Source: Sphagnum compactum
Lineage: Eukaryota
Direction: 5' to 3'
Assembly: GCA_965153455.1 (NCBI GenBank)
Contig: OZ234493.1
Coordinates: 124,001-188,000, forward strand
DNA: 64,000 nucleotides
Below are positions 11,308-25,943 of this stretch, in pieces. A program made the position numbers and the translations under genes. A model generated the notes under the pieces. That model worked only from the letters and a program-made list of their open reading frames with translations. It searched no databases and was not told where the DNA came from. The number at the start of each line of letters is the position of its first letter. The first letter of the stretch is position 1.

Positions 11308-13849
11308 TGCCAGTTGTCTATCTTGTGAATCACTACATCAAGTTAATTTTGCTCGTAGCATGTCTACTGGTACCATTGCACTGCCCATAGTTGCAAACTG
11401 TTATCAGATGAAGTACCACTAAAAAAGTGGCCATCGAGCATCCCTGTAGTTTTGATTTCCTTCCTCTACCATTTGTACCACTTAGGTCTGGTGCTTCTTT
11501 CCTGTTATGCATGGAGTTATTTTGGAAACTGAGCAGAATTTGCAGACTATAACAAGCTTTCCTAGGGTGTCTGCTCCACTGATGCCTGCAAAAAAATTAC
11601 TCATAAAGAGTTGTCAAATTTCTGTGGCACTTGACTATTGGTCCATTTCAGAAAACTCTTTTGTGGATTAAACGACATTTGTGAAGACTCTCTCACTGTT
11701 GACCACCTACTGCTGGGAGCAGTTGGAATGCTATGGTAGGCAATCAATATGATACATGCTGCCATCAAAGGTCCTGAACATGTGTATGCCTATGGCTGTT
11801 TATCAACCCCTCCTCAGTTTTTCATTTTGTTTATTTTTTTCTGCAGGGTTTGGGTTGTTCTTCTTCATTCTGGCTGTTTTCATGCTGTTATGTTGTTGCT
11901 CTGAAGTCTCTGTAATCTGGAAGCTTATTCGGTAGTTGGCTATCTCTCAATTCTATTCAGGTTGCATTGAATCATATGGACAAATTGTCAGTACTGATGA
12001 AGATATATGTCTTAGTTAAGACATCATGCCTACAGTTGCACAGGGGATCTGCCATCAACACCTCGATACTGTGCCTGGATTTGCTTGGCAAGGTGTCACA
12101 CCAAAAAGGACTAGTAACTATCACCATTTTTGGTCACAGTCAATTCCCTGCAAGAAAGAACTGGGATCATTGTGTGTTCATTGACAGCAGCTCATGGACA
12201 CCCTTGATTTCCCTTTGGGAATAAAGGCTCAGTGAAGTGTTTATGAGCAGTTCTAGTAAACAACGACTGATTGAGGCGTCTAGTATGAAGTATAGTATAG
12301 TGTTCTAGTGATTCCTTGAGTGCCAGTTGATGCATAGCATCAATTACATGAGGAAGGACAAGAATTAGGGCCAGATTCTCTCTTCTTTTTGTGATCTTAC
12401 CATTACATAGTGGGTGAAATCATGTCTCAAAGATGTTAATTTGCATAGAAGATGACAATGTAGTCTAATTTCCTAGTAATTTTTTGATAGGTAACATATT
12501 GGCTACTTTGTGATATTATGAAAGTGGAGCCTAATTTTCTAGTGGGTGTGCTCCTCCTTAAATGCAGCTATAGTAATTTGTGACAATTCTCCATCTCTTT
12601 GAGATACAAAAGAATTTTTAATCATTGCCATTCCTCATCACATTCCTATACCCCGTTTTAGACCTCATCACCGATCAAAATTGTGCAATGCGATCTCTAT
12701 TAATGCAATCTCACATTACTTTTAATGTGTCCATTTGTTTGGGGACATGTTAAGATGCATGAGAAATATTGTATAACGCTCAATAATTCTAGGATTGAAA
12801 TCCTTGGATGAAAATAACACTAGAAATGTGGCTGAAAATGCAACAAATAAGTCCAGAAATGCCTCAATTCCCTACCACTGCCAAAATCAATTTTAATTTG
12901 GTGAATAGGTGGATCCAAGAAGAATGACGTCCAGATAAATTGAGTGAAAAATGTAGTATGAGGATGAGATGCCTGATGAACTTTTCAGTGATGGATTAGG
13001 TTAGAGAGTGCTGTTTAAATCCAGATGTTACAAAAACTGAAAAGGAAGATTGGCATGTAATCTGAGTACTAAGGCTCAGTTTGAATGCAACTGAAATCAA
13101 GACTTTCCTAGTATGGTATGCAAGAAATAAGCTTTGAAGTTTGGCACAGGGGCTCAACTAGAATCTAGCTTTTAGGAAATTATGCATTCTGAAGATGAGA
13201 AAAAAGCTCAGGTATTCATAGGCAATCTATATTAGAATTCTAAGTGCATGGTGGTTTGATCACCTACAAGCAGGTGAAGATCTATATGATTTGGTCAACA
13301 AGAAAACATGACCAAGGTAAAATGCTCTTGTTTTGAGTATTAAGAGGTGAATGAGCTAAGCTCAATACAGTTGCAAGCTGTTTCAAAGTTCTTGCACATG
13401 ACACACAGTCTACAAGCTGAGAGCCCGCTTCCAAATTTTCCTTCTAAATTGAACCCTTGTTTGTTGAAACTGATAGCTCTTCAGGCTAACCTGCAGAGGG
13501 GAATGATTGCCAGCCAATTAAAGGCTACTGGAAAGGGAACAAATATCAATTTCACAAGAAGAGGGGGTGTGCTGTGAGGTTAAAGGCAAAAAACTTAAAT
13601 TTGAGAGCAATGGGGCTTCTTATCCAAGAGACTTGAGAATGAGAAGAGTCCCAAAATTTCAAAAGAAAATTCAAGCACATGAAGCATTGATGTGAATGAT
13701 AGGTCAACGTAAGGCAAGACCTTCCATGCTATCTGAGAAGATATGCATCCAGCACTAAGACTTCATTTGCAAAGACCTTGAAATTCATGAAATTGATGAG
13801 GCATATCTCCATGCACTATATTGCTATCAACAGATCTTTGGAAATGACT

Positions 13850-14390
13850 CTTGTTCACTACACTTGTTCCCATATGCAATGCTTGTGCTAGGTTGTGAGC
13901 ACTTGAAGATGGCGGATGTTGCTCATGAACAGAGCAGTACTCATATTGGTTGTCAGGAAAATGTGTTTGCCAGAGTAGCTTGGTTGACATGTATCACAAT
14001 GTGGAAGCATTGGAGGATGCTCCAAGAGTGTTCAACAAGATGCGATCATGCAATGTGGTCATCTGGGCTGAATGATACAGTGGCACATGTAAAACAATGG
14101 AAAGTCCAAAGGCAATGGAGCTATTTGAACAAATGCAATCAGAACATGTTCAGCGGGACCCTGTTACTTTTTTCAGGGTACAGAATGAATGTGCCACTGT
14201 ATTGGCATTGCTAGAGGGTAGCCATGCCTATGAACAAATAACAACATATGGTTTTGAGTTCTTCACAGGGAGTACCTCATGGGATATGTGCAGCATGGAT
14301 GATGCTTGGGGAGGAGAGTCTTCAACGGGAAGCCCTTGTGCAATATGTGGCTGTGTAGACAGACTTGCTTGGTGCTGGGAAAATTTATAG
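13850..14390 (+). pseudogene. Second degraded PLS-PPR fragment
   Basis: SSLVDMYHNVEALEDAPRVFNKMRSCNVVIW... and KAMELFEQMQSEHVQRDPVTFFRVQNECATVLALLEGSHAYEQI...CSMDDAW, with stops and frameshifts. Confidence 0.85.
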
Positions 14391-16610
14391 TGATCTGAAG
14401 ATCAGAGAATTGCTACACAGGAGCGAGGTACATAATGAGCTGCATATTTTCAAGTAGATGATGGAGATCATCTTCAAATGGCTGACATTCCTGCAGACAT
14501 TGTTGGTGCAATCTGTCTCTGTAGCTTATGTCCATTGCTTTGTGGCATGTGCCTTTGAATGCTTAATCTCAATGTTGAAAATATGCTGAACAAGAAGTAA
14601 TAAGAAGTATTGTTGCAATTCTCAAAAGGAGAGGAAGAAAGTAGAGATGAAACTATCAACCTAGGCAGGTAGTTAGATGCAAAATTGTTCATGTTGGTGT
14701 TTGGTACAACAAATGGACATGAAAAGGCCAACTGAATTGATGTGATAATTATAGCTATAAAGTTGGAGTTGCTAAGTTTTTCTTTGGTAGCCTGTTCTCT
14801 CTCCTTTTACATTGATTGTAGCATTGGTATATTGCATTGTTCATCTCTCTATGACATCAAGGCTGTCTTAGACATCATCATCTTTGCCATTGCTGTTGCA
14901 TATGAGTTTGCATCAATTGCAAGTCTTTGCATAGAATATTTTTTACTAGGTTGCATTGCTTTTCGTCTTGACTTTTTTGGGTCTTGCTTTGCACAAAAAG
15001 CACCAAACACTAAAGAGCATTTTGGTTTCAATCCACAAGTTACCCAAGAACCAAGCAAATGTTCAACACATTGGGGAAACATAGGACAAGCAACAAAAAG
15101 TAAGAAAATGTCCCGCAAAACATTCTCATGGAAATAACTGATTTGTTGGGTTATACAACATTTTTGTAGAGTAGGAGACAATTTCATCTCACCATGTAAT
15201 TGACATTCATTATATTAGTACTTTGCTTAGAGATTGCATACAAAAATTCCATCCATCTTTTTCTATCAGGTACATGTGGTTGGTCCATCAATTTGGAACC
15301 TTATGTGTGTGGCGGGACTGGTGTGCTGGATGGCAGTGGGTTCTTGTGGGAGCAAAGAGAAATCTGCTTGGCTGGGTAACAACATAGGTTCAAATACTTT
15401 CAAGATCACTTCTAATATTCAGTCTCTTCTCCCACACATTTAAGATTTTTGAGCTAGCACACCACAAGTATAGCTTCCAATGGAACTGCATCCAAGCTAA
15501 TTATATACAATTATGAAATCCAAGACATGTGAAATTAATTTCATTATGAAAATCCAGCAATAATATGTTGCTACCCCCCCACATGAAATAAATGGGTAAC
15601 ACAACCAAGAACTTAGATTGCATTCAATTAAAAACTTGCTAGACCAATACAACAAAGCCCCAAATAAAAGTCAAACACAATAGCTGCACAAAACTTATAT
15701 GTTCCAAACAACCATGAGAAAAAAACATCAATACATTCTCACACAAGCAATGTAGAGAATCTAAAGAGGTCGCTACATTGTACAATTGTAACCAAGAAAG
15801 TCAGGAGGATTAAGCCATCATTAATGTGGATACATTTCATACACCATTTGTGCCATTTAAAGCAAAACAATATCATGAAAACATGTCCCTTTCTCTTAAA
15901 TAGCCATGCTAAGTAAAATTATTTGCACTTGCTCCAAGGAATAGTAGAAAGGAGATGATGAAGCTGAAATTCAAGAGAGAAAACACAACACTAATTGGGA
16001 ACCAGGAAATACATGCACAAGACTTCACATATGCAGCTCTGCATCAAAGTTTTAGAAAAAGCTCAAAAAACATCATTTTGCATAATTTGGAAAGTCCCCA
16101 AAACATTCTCCAAAGCAAAACGTAAATTACAAATTTGCCTTGCTACAAAAGCTATTGGTTCTAAAAGTGCAATGACTGGGTGGCTGATTCTTGGTCTGCT
16201 TACTTGTAAAAGACATATGTCCACATAAATAGCACCTGGAAAAACCCATTCCAGGTGCAAGGTATTGTGGAATCAATGCTATTATTTTAAAATTGCAAGC
16301 AGCAGAATTACATTCCATGGGCATGAAGCAAGTCTGGCTTTAAAATCTTAAATCTTTCTGCACATTAAAGCAGTCACTTTGAAACAGAACCTAAACCTGC
16401 CATCAATCAGTCAGGGGGACAGACATCATCTTCACTAGTAAATTCATAATGGTCAGGAACATGCCTTCTTCCTTCACAGGTTTGTTGTCTCCCAAAACAC
16501 TAACCACTACACTCACCACTTTGCAACATACAAGCAAAGGGAAGATCCCGACTTTTGGTGTTCTTGTATTGCCTAGTATTACAGGTGGGTTAGGGGGAGG
16601 GGGGGGCGCC

Positions 16611-19600
16611 TCACCAGTTGCTCCCTGGATGTCTAACTATAGGCTGCCAAATTGGCTGGTGGTGGTGGTGGTAAGGAGGTCTGGAGTCCTGCCCAGAAGG
16701 TGGTGGTCGGTTCACATAAGTAGGAGGAAGAACAGGCCTAGAAGAAGTGGGGTCAGACCACTGACTATGAGGAGTGTTGAAAAGTAAAGGTGGCAGCAGA
16801 TGGCCTGGGAAAGATTGTGATGCTCGTGATGTGGCCCACACAGCAGCAGCAGGAGGAAGAGGAGGAGGAGGAGGAGGGGGAGGAGGATGATTTTCAGCTC
16901 TGAGTAGTCTGCCATTTATTTCCTGAAACTCCTGCGGAACCTGATGTCTGATTTGAGACATTTCTGCTGTGTGAGACCAGCTAACATTCAGCCTATGGTT
17001 TGGAAGCACGCGTTGGTTAGCTGTTTGTGTCAAATTGTGGAGTACACCAACATGATTACTCGCAGGGGTACTTGCATGGCTAAGTCCAGCGGGCCACACT
17101 CCACTATGTATCATCATCATCTGTCCAGAATGGGAGGATGCACCACCCAGTGCTACATTAGTTACATTCAAAACCGGAGGAATCCCAGAAGCTGTACTAA
17201 CAGATAGCTCATTAGGAGTCAAAATGAGAGGAGGCTGCCTGCCTCTCCCATATGGAGTATTGAATTGTTCAGATACTGCCTGTGCATGATGATGAGTATT
17301 TGCTTGTTGTGGCCAACCCGAACCTCCAGGCCATTTTGCCGAAGTTGCTGACTCTGGCCAGTTTACTGCTGTTGTGTGCTGCTGTACTGAGGAAAGGTGC
17401 TCAGCAGGATTGTTTCCTTGTGTAAGGATAGGTGTCCCTGATGGCACACCTGGAGTCCAGCCAGGTGAATTCCACTTGGGCATTGCATCTACAACCACAG
17501 GCTTTGTTGCCAAACTGATTGGCTGGCCCCCATTACTCTCCATTAGAACAGGCCTTTCAGACTGCTGACCCACTTGACAACTCCCCAAAGCAGGAAGAGG
17601 TTCTTGACATTTCATTCGATCAGAATGCTGCACAAATCAGGCACACAATAGAGCACAATCAAATCTTTTTCCAGTTCAGACAAAAGCTTAGCAGAGCCCC
17701 ACAAAGTAGCATTTCAGCAGCCCAGGAATGTAGTACAAGAAAAGTAGAGAAAAGTCAAGCCCTCCAGCACCTGATCCAGGATAGGTGACACTGCCTCAAC
17801 TCCCAAGTGAGGACTGGTCAATGTGAGATCCTGTACCCCAAATTTGCTGGGAGCAATATGATCAGACCTGGGCATCTGGCCATTGATGGTTTTTTCTTTA
17901 ACAAATTCCAACAATGCTGAAACACTCCCATCATTGCTACTGTTAGTTTGCAAGGAAGTAAGCTGTGAAATTAGGCCTGGATTGCTGAGGAGTAATTTAA
18001 GTAATTGAGGATCATGGCTATTCTCCTCTTGTGAAGGTGCAGGTGCATCCTTGCTGACTGACTCCATCCCCACAGTGCTAGCTGTTGGTAGGCTACTGTT
18101 GTTGGTACTGTTGTTGTACTCAGTATTTGGAACTTTGATATTCTCATCCTTGATGTTCACAGTATTCAAGCATGGCTCAATATGCTCAATCTCTGTTGCT
18201 GGTGCTATCTCACTTGGAATTACAGGTGTCAGTGAGTCATCATAGCTAGGTTCCTCCTCCCACACGTCTTTAGGGTCAGCTGGAATGGAAGTCAGATTGG
18301 GATAGACAGCTTCTTCCTCCCGCTTTACACGAAGAGTCTGAGCTTCCATTTCCTTGCTCTCTTCTCCTGCAGCTAAACCCCAGCTAGATTTGACCTTCAT
18401 CTCTGCAGGTGCATCACAGAACTGTACTGAGTATATTGTGCAAAGAAACTGAGTACCTAAACACAAAATGGCAACAAGGTTTCCTTATTCTGCATCTGTT
18501 GACACATGGAGCTCTCAGCCTCATGCTTGAAACAGTCCTGATATTTCATAGAAGAGATTAGATGTTGACTCCCATTAGACAAAGGAATAAGTATCATGGA
18601 TACTTTCAGGTACATCTTGGAAAAGCGCCCAACTACCTGGTGGAACAGTCCATGCAAGAAAGGTTGCTTGGTTGCCATCAACAATTCCTGATGTTGCATC
18701 ACCAGTTTGTGAATCTGGTATGATTAAATTCTGCTCCTCCTTTACTCCCTCAATCTTACTTTGTCCTGAATTTTCCAGCAACACCACATACTTAAAACTG
18801 AGTAGAGACCAACATGTAACTCCACTACAAATTTCCATTATATCCTGTTTGAACAATGGAAATCTGCAGAAACACCACTGTCCATAATCTGGTTGCCATC
18901 GTCGATTGGACTCATTGGTATCATCAACCAGCAGGGATATTCCTATTTTTCAATCAATGTTTAGAGCAGATGAAGACCATTTCACTCTAAGTCAACCCAC
19001 CTATTCAAAAGAAGGCAGCCAAACCTTACCAGATTGCATCAATGAAGGCATATCCAGAGACTCTGCATCACCAATATGTCCTGAAGGAACCCTTTCTCCA
19101 ATCTCAGAAGATGTGAATCTGTCCAGTGACCAACCATCACCAACTTGTGTAGGCTTCGCACGGCCTTGAGCAGGCTCTTGAGTGACTGAAGACTTGTCTA
19201 CTCCCACACCTGAAGTAGGGGCCTGCAGAAGCCGGGCACGCTGTTTGGCTCTACGAATTTCATCTGCAGAGAGGGGTCGTGACATCTTGTCTCTTGACAC
19301 AACTGGACGCCTCCCATTAATGTCTCTCCAGCGACTTCCACCCCCCATATCTTCGACAGGTAGCACTGTACGCCTCTCCTTCGCTTCTAATTCCTGTCAA
19401 GGACTTACACATGGGTCCTGACCTTACACCGCTACATAGTGCAGAAGGTAGTGCTTACTGACCAGAGCTGAATATTGATGGTCAACAAGAACTAACACTC
19501 AGGCAAGATATATATCAGTGTGACTGCAGAGAAAACTCCACAAGAACTGATGTTCTGTCAGTTCTGGCCGAGTCATAACTCATAACCTTGTGAGTGTCAC

Positions 19601-22600
19601 TCGCAAAGTATCAGACCATCGACTTTTATCAAGTGGTACTGACTAGTGACAAGCTGACATGACATCCCACTGACTTCATCGGCTCCCAAATAGCGGGTGC
19701 AGATAAGTGAAAAAATTCTGCTCTAAATCAGACAAGTGATTATATGAAAATCTGTGTCCTAAGATTCTCTTGCATTCCCAGAAGAAATGGGAAAACTTAG
19801 TCATCAATTTGGCTTCCATTCAAGAGACAGCTAAATCAGAAAATGGTATCCTCTTTCAAGCTCCAACAAGCTTGTGAGGGTAAGCTTCATTCCATTTTGC
19901 TTGCCTCTGTACAAGCAAGCATCTAATCCTCAAGCACAGAGACACCTACACAGAGGGCATTGGTGGGGATATCCTGCACACCTTTCAGCACAGCACTGGT
20001 GACTACTTGATGCAGTATGTATAGTTTTAAGTATAAAACAATGTGCTAAAAAATCAGGGCAAGATTGAGTCATGATGTTGGCTAGCACTGACAGACATAG
20101 CCAATCAAAAACATCAAGTATCTGGAAAGGAGAAGGGATTGCTACTCAAAAGCTACAGACAACATTAGGAATGAGGGGGATACGATCAGCGAGAGACCGC
20201 TTTCTTGATATTGGTACTGCACTGGATGCACTTTCTGACACCTGAAAAGTACCAGAGCTCCTGCATGCAACCAACCAAAAACTCAAATCAAGAAAATCCA
20301 CCAGTCTCAAGATTTCCCTATCTACAGAACCAGAATGAACACCTTGCTCATGGCTGGAACTCAGATCACCCAACTCACCAAGTTCATACAGATCTTTCCA
20401 CTATGGAGTCATAACACAGGCTCACATAATATACTGGACATATAGGTCTTACCTAGCTAAAGGAACAGGTGATGCTGGCAGACCATTGCTAGAAGATGGA
20501 ACATCCAGAGCTTTCTGCAAGGATCCCTGCAAGATGCTCAAGAAAACATGGAAACTCATGCAGTTGAACTTAAAAACATTGGAACAAGCTCGTGCAAAAA
20601 AACCATACCAAACACATGCAACCTGCAAACCTAGACAAAGTAGAAGATGACTAATGGTTTTCTACCAGAACTGCCAGTTGGCACCCCAGTGACAGCTTTA
20701 ACATGTCAAGATCCTGCCAATTCCTATCAACTGGAATGTCATACTGGAAGATGTCAACAAAACCTGCGCAATATACACTCACCCTCTCAGTTGAAGCCTT
20801 CTCATCCACTGTCATCTTCTCTGCAGCAGGAGATATTCGATTTTTGGACTGTGCTACCTCAGCTGTCAACCCTATAAAACACAGAGGATGAGAAACCATT
20901 GGTACATAGACCTCTGATTCTTAAAATTAAGATAACTGGCCCAACTCCCATCAGGACCACCAAAAACCTAACAGCACTACATGCACTTACATTCATTTTC
21001 ATTGCATAATGTTTGCAATATATATATCCAGGAATGCTTGAGAGTGATTCTTAAAATTAAGATAACTCGCCCAACTCCTGTCAGGACCACCAAAAACCTA
21101 ACAGCACTACATGAATTTACATTCATTTTCGTTGCATAGTGTTTGCAATATATATATCCAGGAATGCTTTAGAGTAAGGGTGAGTTCTCCTCCAAGAATC
21201 ATTCATTTAAAGCCTAAACATACCTATCTTTGTTTTCTTTTTCTGGTGGTCATAGCCCGTAACCACAACTGCGGCATCCCTGCACATGTACGAGGCCAAA
21301 AAGGGCTGACAAAAGAACAACTATACAAGCTGTACACAGAATGGGATTGATAGCACATTGGTACCCAAGCCTCTGAAAAAATTTGTCATCAAAATTGCTA
21401 ATAAATCATCCAAGCACAGTTGTGGAACTGAATAGGACTACATGAGGTTATTCTTCTGAATGGCGTGCAGCCATGCTAGGTATATTATCATTCCCACTGG
21501 CTGCAAAAAGTGATAAAATTAGAATACAGACCTCTGTCTTATCCGTAAACCAGGTGATGACTCTGACAAATCTGCCAACAAGGCACAAGCCATTGTCACT
21601 CTCCAATTCATAGAACAACAGTGCACCAGGGTGTTTGTAATCCAGAAGAAAAAATAAGTATGAAAATTTATTGGAGTCCATGGTGCCCACAGAGTGGCAT
21701 CACACAGAATGCCAAGGAATGGCTCCCTCAATTAAGCCAGTGTGGCCCATACCCTGATGAATATTGCAATGAGGATAACAAAGTCCAGCTCATTTCACTA
21801 CACACATATGCATGTACCTTTTGGAGCTGTAACAGGTGCAACAGATCCTGCTGTCCTCCTTGCATCAGCCTTACTCATCAAGAGCTTGCTCCACTTGGAC
21901 ATTAACCCCCGAGCAAAGGTGGCAACATCTAACTCCCCCATCAAGACTCCAATATCAGATAAGGGCAGGAACTACTGTAGGATGAAAAAATCACAGGGGA
22001 ATGAAGGGACACTATTAGAAATTGGAAGTGTTGCAAGCTCACCAGACAAGTGATAAAAGCGGAGTTTGTTAACAGGCTGCAACAAAGCAGACATCTGAGG
22101 GGGAATTGCATGAGTCATTGGCAAATGAGACAATACCTGCAACCAGGAAAGATAAGTTCAAAGACACTCTATAATCACCATGCAATTGCTACATATATTG
22201 AAGATAATCTCTCTCTAGTTGTGACCATCGTAATGTCTACCAACACTTCAATTCGTATCCTGACCTAAATGGGTCAGAGCAGATTTTCTTGCGGGGGGTG
22301 GGGTCTGTATGGGTGGGCTGTTGGGGGACCCTGTGAATGACATCACATGAGCCTGAGTCCATCAGATTGTACCCAGAAAACCAATAATAAGGGCTAGGGT
22401 TCAGGTTTTTGAGCACAAAAGACATTGCCTACCAGTGGCCCAACCAGACTGGAAACTTGTCACCTGTCCCTTTGAACTGGATGACTGCCTATCAGCTCTT
22501 CTATTTCATTATGACTGCTGGGCCATATATATTACATGGCCAGTTAACATAACAGATTCTCTATTTGTGCCAGGAGAAGGCAGTGGAGCCCAAAGGGACT

Positions 22601-25600
22601 TCACATATTCCATTTTTCATTATATGCAAGGCACCTTATGTTGTGTTTTAGGACCTTGGCATATCATTCCCCAGTCTGCATCATCCATAGCAGTAAAGAG
22701 GGAAAAGATCATCAAACCTCAAGCAATATCTGAAGAAGGCTGGACTGATTGTCTGAGCTGGCTTGGATCAGCCACCTGTAAACAATCTTTAAACCCCCTT
22801 TCTCCAGAAACCTGAAATCCAGCAACCCCAAACACATCTACTTGCTGTAAACCCAACTGATATGATGCTATTATATGCCTGCAGCATAAACAGTGTACAT
22901 AGAACTATTTGGCACTAACAATCATCTAAACCTGACTTTGGGACCCCACAATCAAAGAACCATTAGATATGCATATATGGCCTCAGCAATCCTTCCCAGC
23001 AATCCATGTCTGCATGAAGGCTAAAAACATTATGCAGATAACAAAAGAACAGCAACCAATAGCCCTTTCTAGATGCTGTCAGCTAAACTGAGTCAAATAT
23101 TTGACAGAACACACTTCAGCAGTTGTAGTGAACTGCTGAAAAGTCAAAATCAAACAAAGCAGGTTCTTGGATATGATGACACACATTAGTTCCACCCAAA
23201 ATTTCAAGGAGCCTAAACCATTGGGACCCCTTCTGCATTGGAAGAGTAAGGTTCCTCTGGCACATCCCTACACCTCTAAAGACCATTCATACCTCCTTAA
23301 GATCAGTCCAGGTTCAGTTTGCAAAATAACTTGAAGCAGCTGTCCTTGCCCTTTGAAGGTCCTCTCAGAACGCATTAACTCAAGCAGCATGTCTACAGAC
23401 TCCCCATCAGTGAGTTTTGTAAAGCCTATGTTGCTCTCAGCAGTCGCTGTACTTGGAGGCTGCTGCAATTGCACCTCTGCATTTGTGACCAAATTCCTCT
23501 CCCCCACATCAGAGCACTTCTGCACCAGATTTCGTAGATGCGACCGCTGCGTAACAAAATATTCTCTAACCTGCATGAGATGCAATGGTAACAGAGGAAT
23601 GTCAAGAAAACCAGGAAACCATGTACTAAGGTTATGCACCATACCATAACACAGGGAAATAAAATTCTGCAAGATCTTGCAATGAATATGAATGGCTTTG
23701 TTTGAATCAGTACAACATTCCATGTCCAGCACAATAGGAATTTATTAGGATTTCAATGCACACACCTGAGTAAGGGTAGCACCGGAGAGGGCACAAATAT
23801 CTCTTGCCTCTTTCTTTGTGATGGTGTCCTTCACGGCAAATACAGCACGCAAACAACTCAACGCTTCTGGAGAAAGTGCACCACCCAACCTCTTCCCTGC
23901 CAGTATCACCATCTCATAACATCAGACAAAAAAGACATAGCATTCCTTCATCTCTGTTCATCTACCTTTGGACAGCATATTTGGTCAGTCCAAGATATCT
24001 TGTAATACAAAACAATTGTCTGTTATACCCAACATTCCAAACTGGAGTGGAACAACCTGGTGACAGACAGAAAATGGAATTCTGTCATTGATCCCAAACC
24101 ACTACATCAACCACCCTTCTTCCTGAACCTTGCCAATGTAACTAATTCAAATGCAGATCCTAACCAAGCAAGAGCTCCCTCCACTACCATATACCCATAA
24201 ATGAGATGCTCTTAATCCTCTGTAGTGTATCTGTTTACAACTTCTAACTAATAGCTGTGACCAATTTCTAGACTCTCCAGGAATTTCTTTATCAAAGTTT
24301 ATTTTTTGTGATGCAGGCTAAAACAAGGGAATGGGCAAGCAAAGCAAGAAAAAAAAGTAATGAAAATCAGTGGGTAGAAAGGATCTGAACCAGTTCAGTT
24401 TAAAGACCATCCTATTGCTCCTGACTACCTCCTAAACACACCTTTATACATAGTTTTGGCTGTAACACTAAGAAAGCGATGAAAATACACAAAATGGAGC
24501 TCACCTCCATTGTTTCCAAGAGCTGTTGCCTGCCACAGGCACACAACCAAAGTTCAGAATTTGATAAGCAGTCAACAAAGTACACAACCTTTGTTAGAAT
24601 CCTGGGTTAAGTCAAAAGTGCAGAAGTATGCTGAATGAACTCATCCTCTAAGCAGGCAACTGACGGCATGCTTTTGTTCCACAACCCTTACACTCCTTGA
24701 CTCTCAACCTAATGATTGGACAAGTGAAACTATGAAAATATCTTCCAACAGCATAAAACCACTTTAATAGTTCCAGGCAGTTGCCAAGAATATGCACTGT
24801 CCCTGTCACTGAGAATAATCCTTCATGGCAGGAAGCAGATACTACAACAGCTCCTTTCCACTGTACAGATCCGTTTCAACAAATTTCTCTAGGCTCTGTG
24901 CTCTCAACTATTGGACAAGGAAATGTTACAAACAACCCACAAAACAAGAAGAGGATCGGAGAAACAAGCCCACGTTTTAGGCACCAAAGACAATGTCCAC
25001 ATACATCATCTCCCCACCATTACAGCCATACAGTCAATCTCCAAACCCTAGGTTTTCTAGAAAGACTGAAAATCCAGGCGAGGCTCTCAAAATTCCACCA
25101 TAAACTCACATGCTCAAATGTGCAAGTTTAAAGAGCTTCCAAACCAACAAAAAAGTTCACCTACAAAAGTTTCTACACACTTTTGTTTCTACAGGATCCC
25201 CAATTTACTTCTGTTAGCAAGTGAAGAAACTGCATACCATTGCTTGACGTAAAGGATTCACGCCAGTTAAACCACACTGAAGAGTCACTATGTGTTGAAG
25301 CTCCTCAATCTGAAGATGAACCAACTTCCTCTGCTGTTCCAGCATACTCACCAATTCTCCGACTACTTCTTCTTCTGTCCTCTCCTCCACCACCACCTCC
25401 TCCTCCTCTTCTTCCGCCTTCTCCTGCCAAGAAGAAGTGCTTTACATACACCGACGCCGCTAAAAAAATGCCACAAACTCTGACTGTTGCACTAACCTTC
25501 TAACCCTAACGAAGGAAAACAAAAACAAAAAGGACGACGCCATGAAATAATAGTCCTCCGCCGTTGCGCCATCACTTCCTTCAACAACGATTCAAGCACA

Positions 25601-25828
25601 TACATTGCCACTAGTGTATTCCTTAAGAAAAGGCTTGATGACGGAAGGATAAGAAAATCGGAACGTGAAAATAAATTAAAGAAAACACAACATACATACC
25701 ATGTAACTGGATGATGTCGTCGTCTCTGAAGAACTGACGACTCCGTGAACAGCAGCAGGAGAGGAAGCCAACGGAGACGGCAACACGAGTGAAGCAGAAG
25801 CAGGAATTACATCAACCGGAGGAGCCAT
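16611..25828 (-). CDS. LD: LUMINIDEPENDENS-like homeobox / TFIIS-N domain protein (multi-exon)
   Basis: Exons with GT-AG ends: 25700-25828 (MAPPVD...), 25238-25423 (QIEELQHIVTLQCGLTGVNPLRQAM), 24505-24529, ~23767-23866 (VFAVKDTITKKEARDICALSGATLTQ), ~23292-23570 (VREYFVTQRSHLR), ~22718-22811 (FLEKGGLKIVYRWLIQA), ~22044-22135 (VLSHLP...MSALLQPVNKLRFY), then ARGLMSKWSK, RPLSADEIRRAKQRA, IPADPKDVWEEEPSYDDSLTPVIP and DPQLLKLLLSNP. The motif order matches LD as I recall it. Middle exon boundaries and the Pro/Gln-rich last exon end are approximate. Confidence 0.9.
19523..19688. repeat. Short dispersed repeat, copy 1 (in an LD intron)
   Basis: ACTGCAG..AAACTCCACAA...TGTCAGTT(C/T)TGG...AGAC(C/T)ATC(G/A)ACTT...TGACTAG...CCCACTGACTTCATC(G/A)GCTCCCA, collinear with 39727-39897. 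Confidence 0.75.
20915..21174. repeat. 130-bp tandem duplication in an LD intron
   Basis: TGATTCTTAAAATTAAGATAACT...GGAATGCTT starts at 20915 and again at 21045, with few mismatches. Confidence 0.95.
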
Positions 25829-25943
25829 GCCTGCAGTGACACGAGCAGCGGCGTCAACAACGCTCCCCGTCGTCTTCTCCCTCTCGCGCTCTGCAACTCC
25901 TCTTCTTCCATTGCCCTTGCGCTCCGCCACAACCGGGGAGGGG

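Noticed and set aside
14474-15230. ORFs of 85-131 aa between the PPR fragment and LD
   Set aside because: No recognisable domain; probably decayed transposon sequence that I cannot assign to a family.
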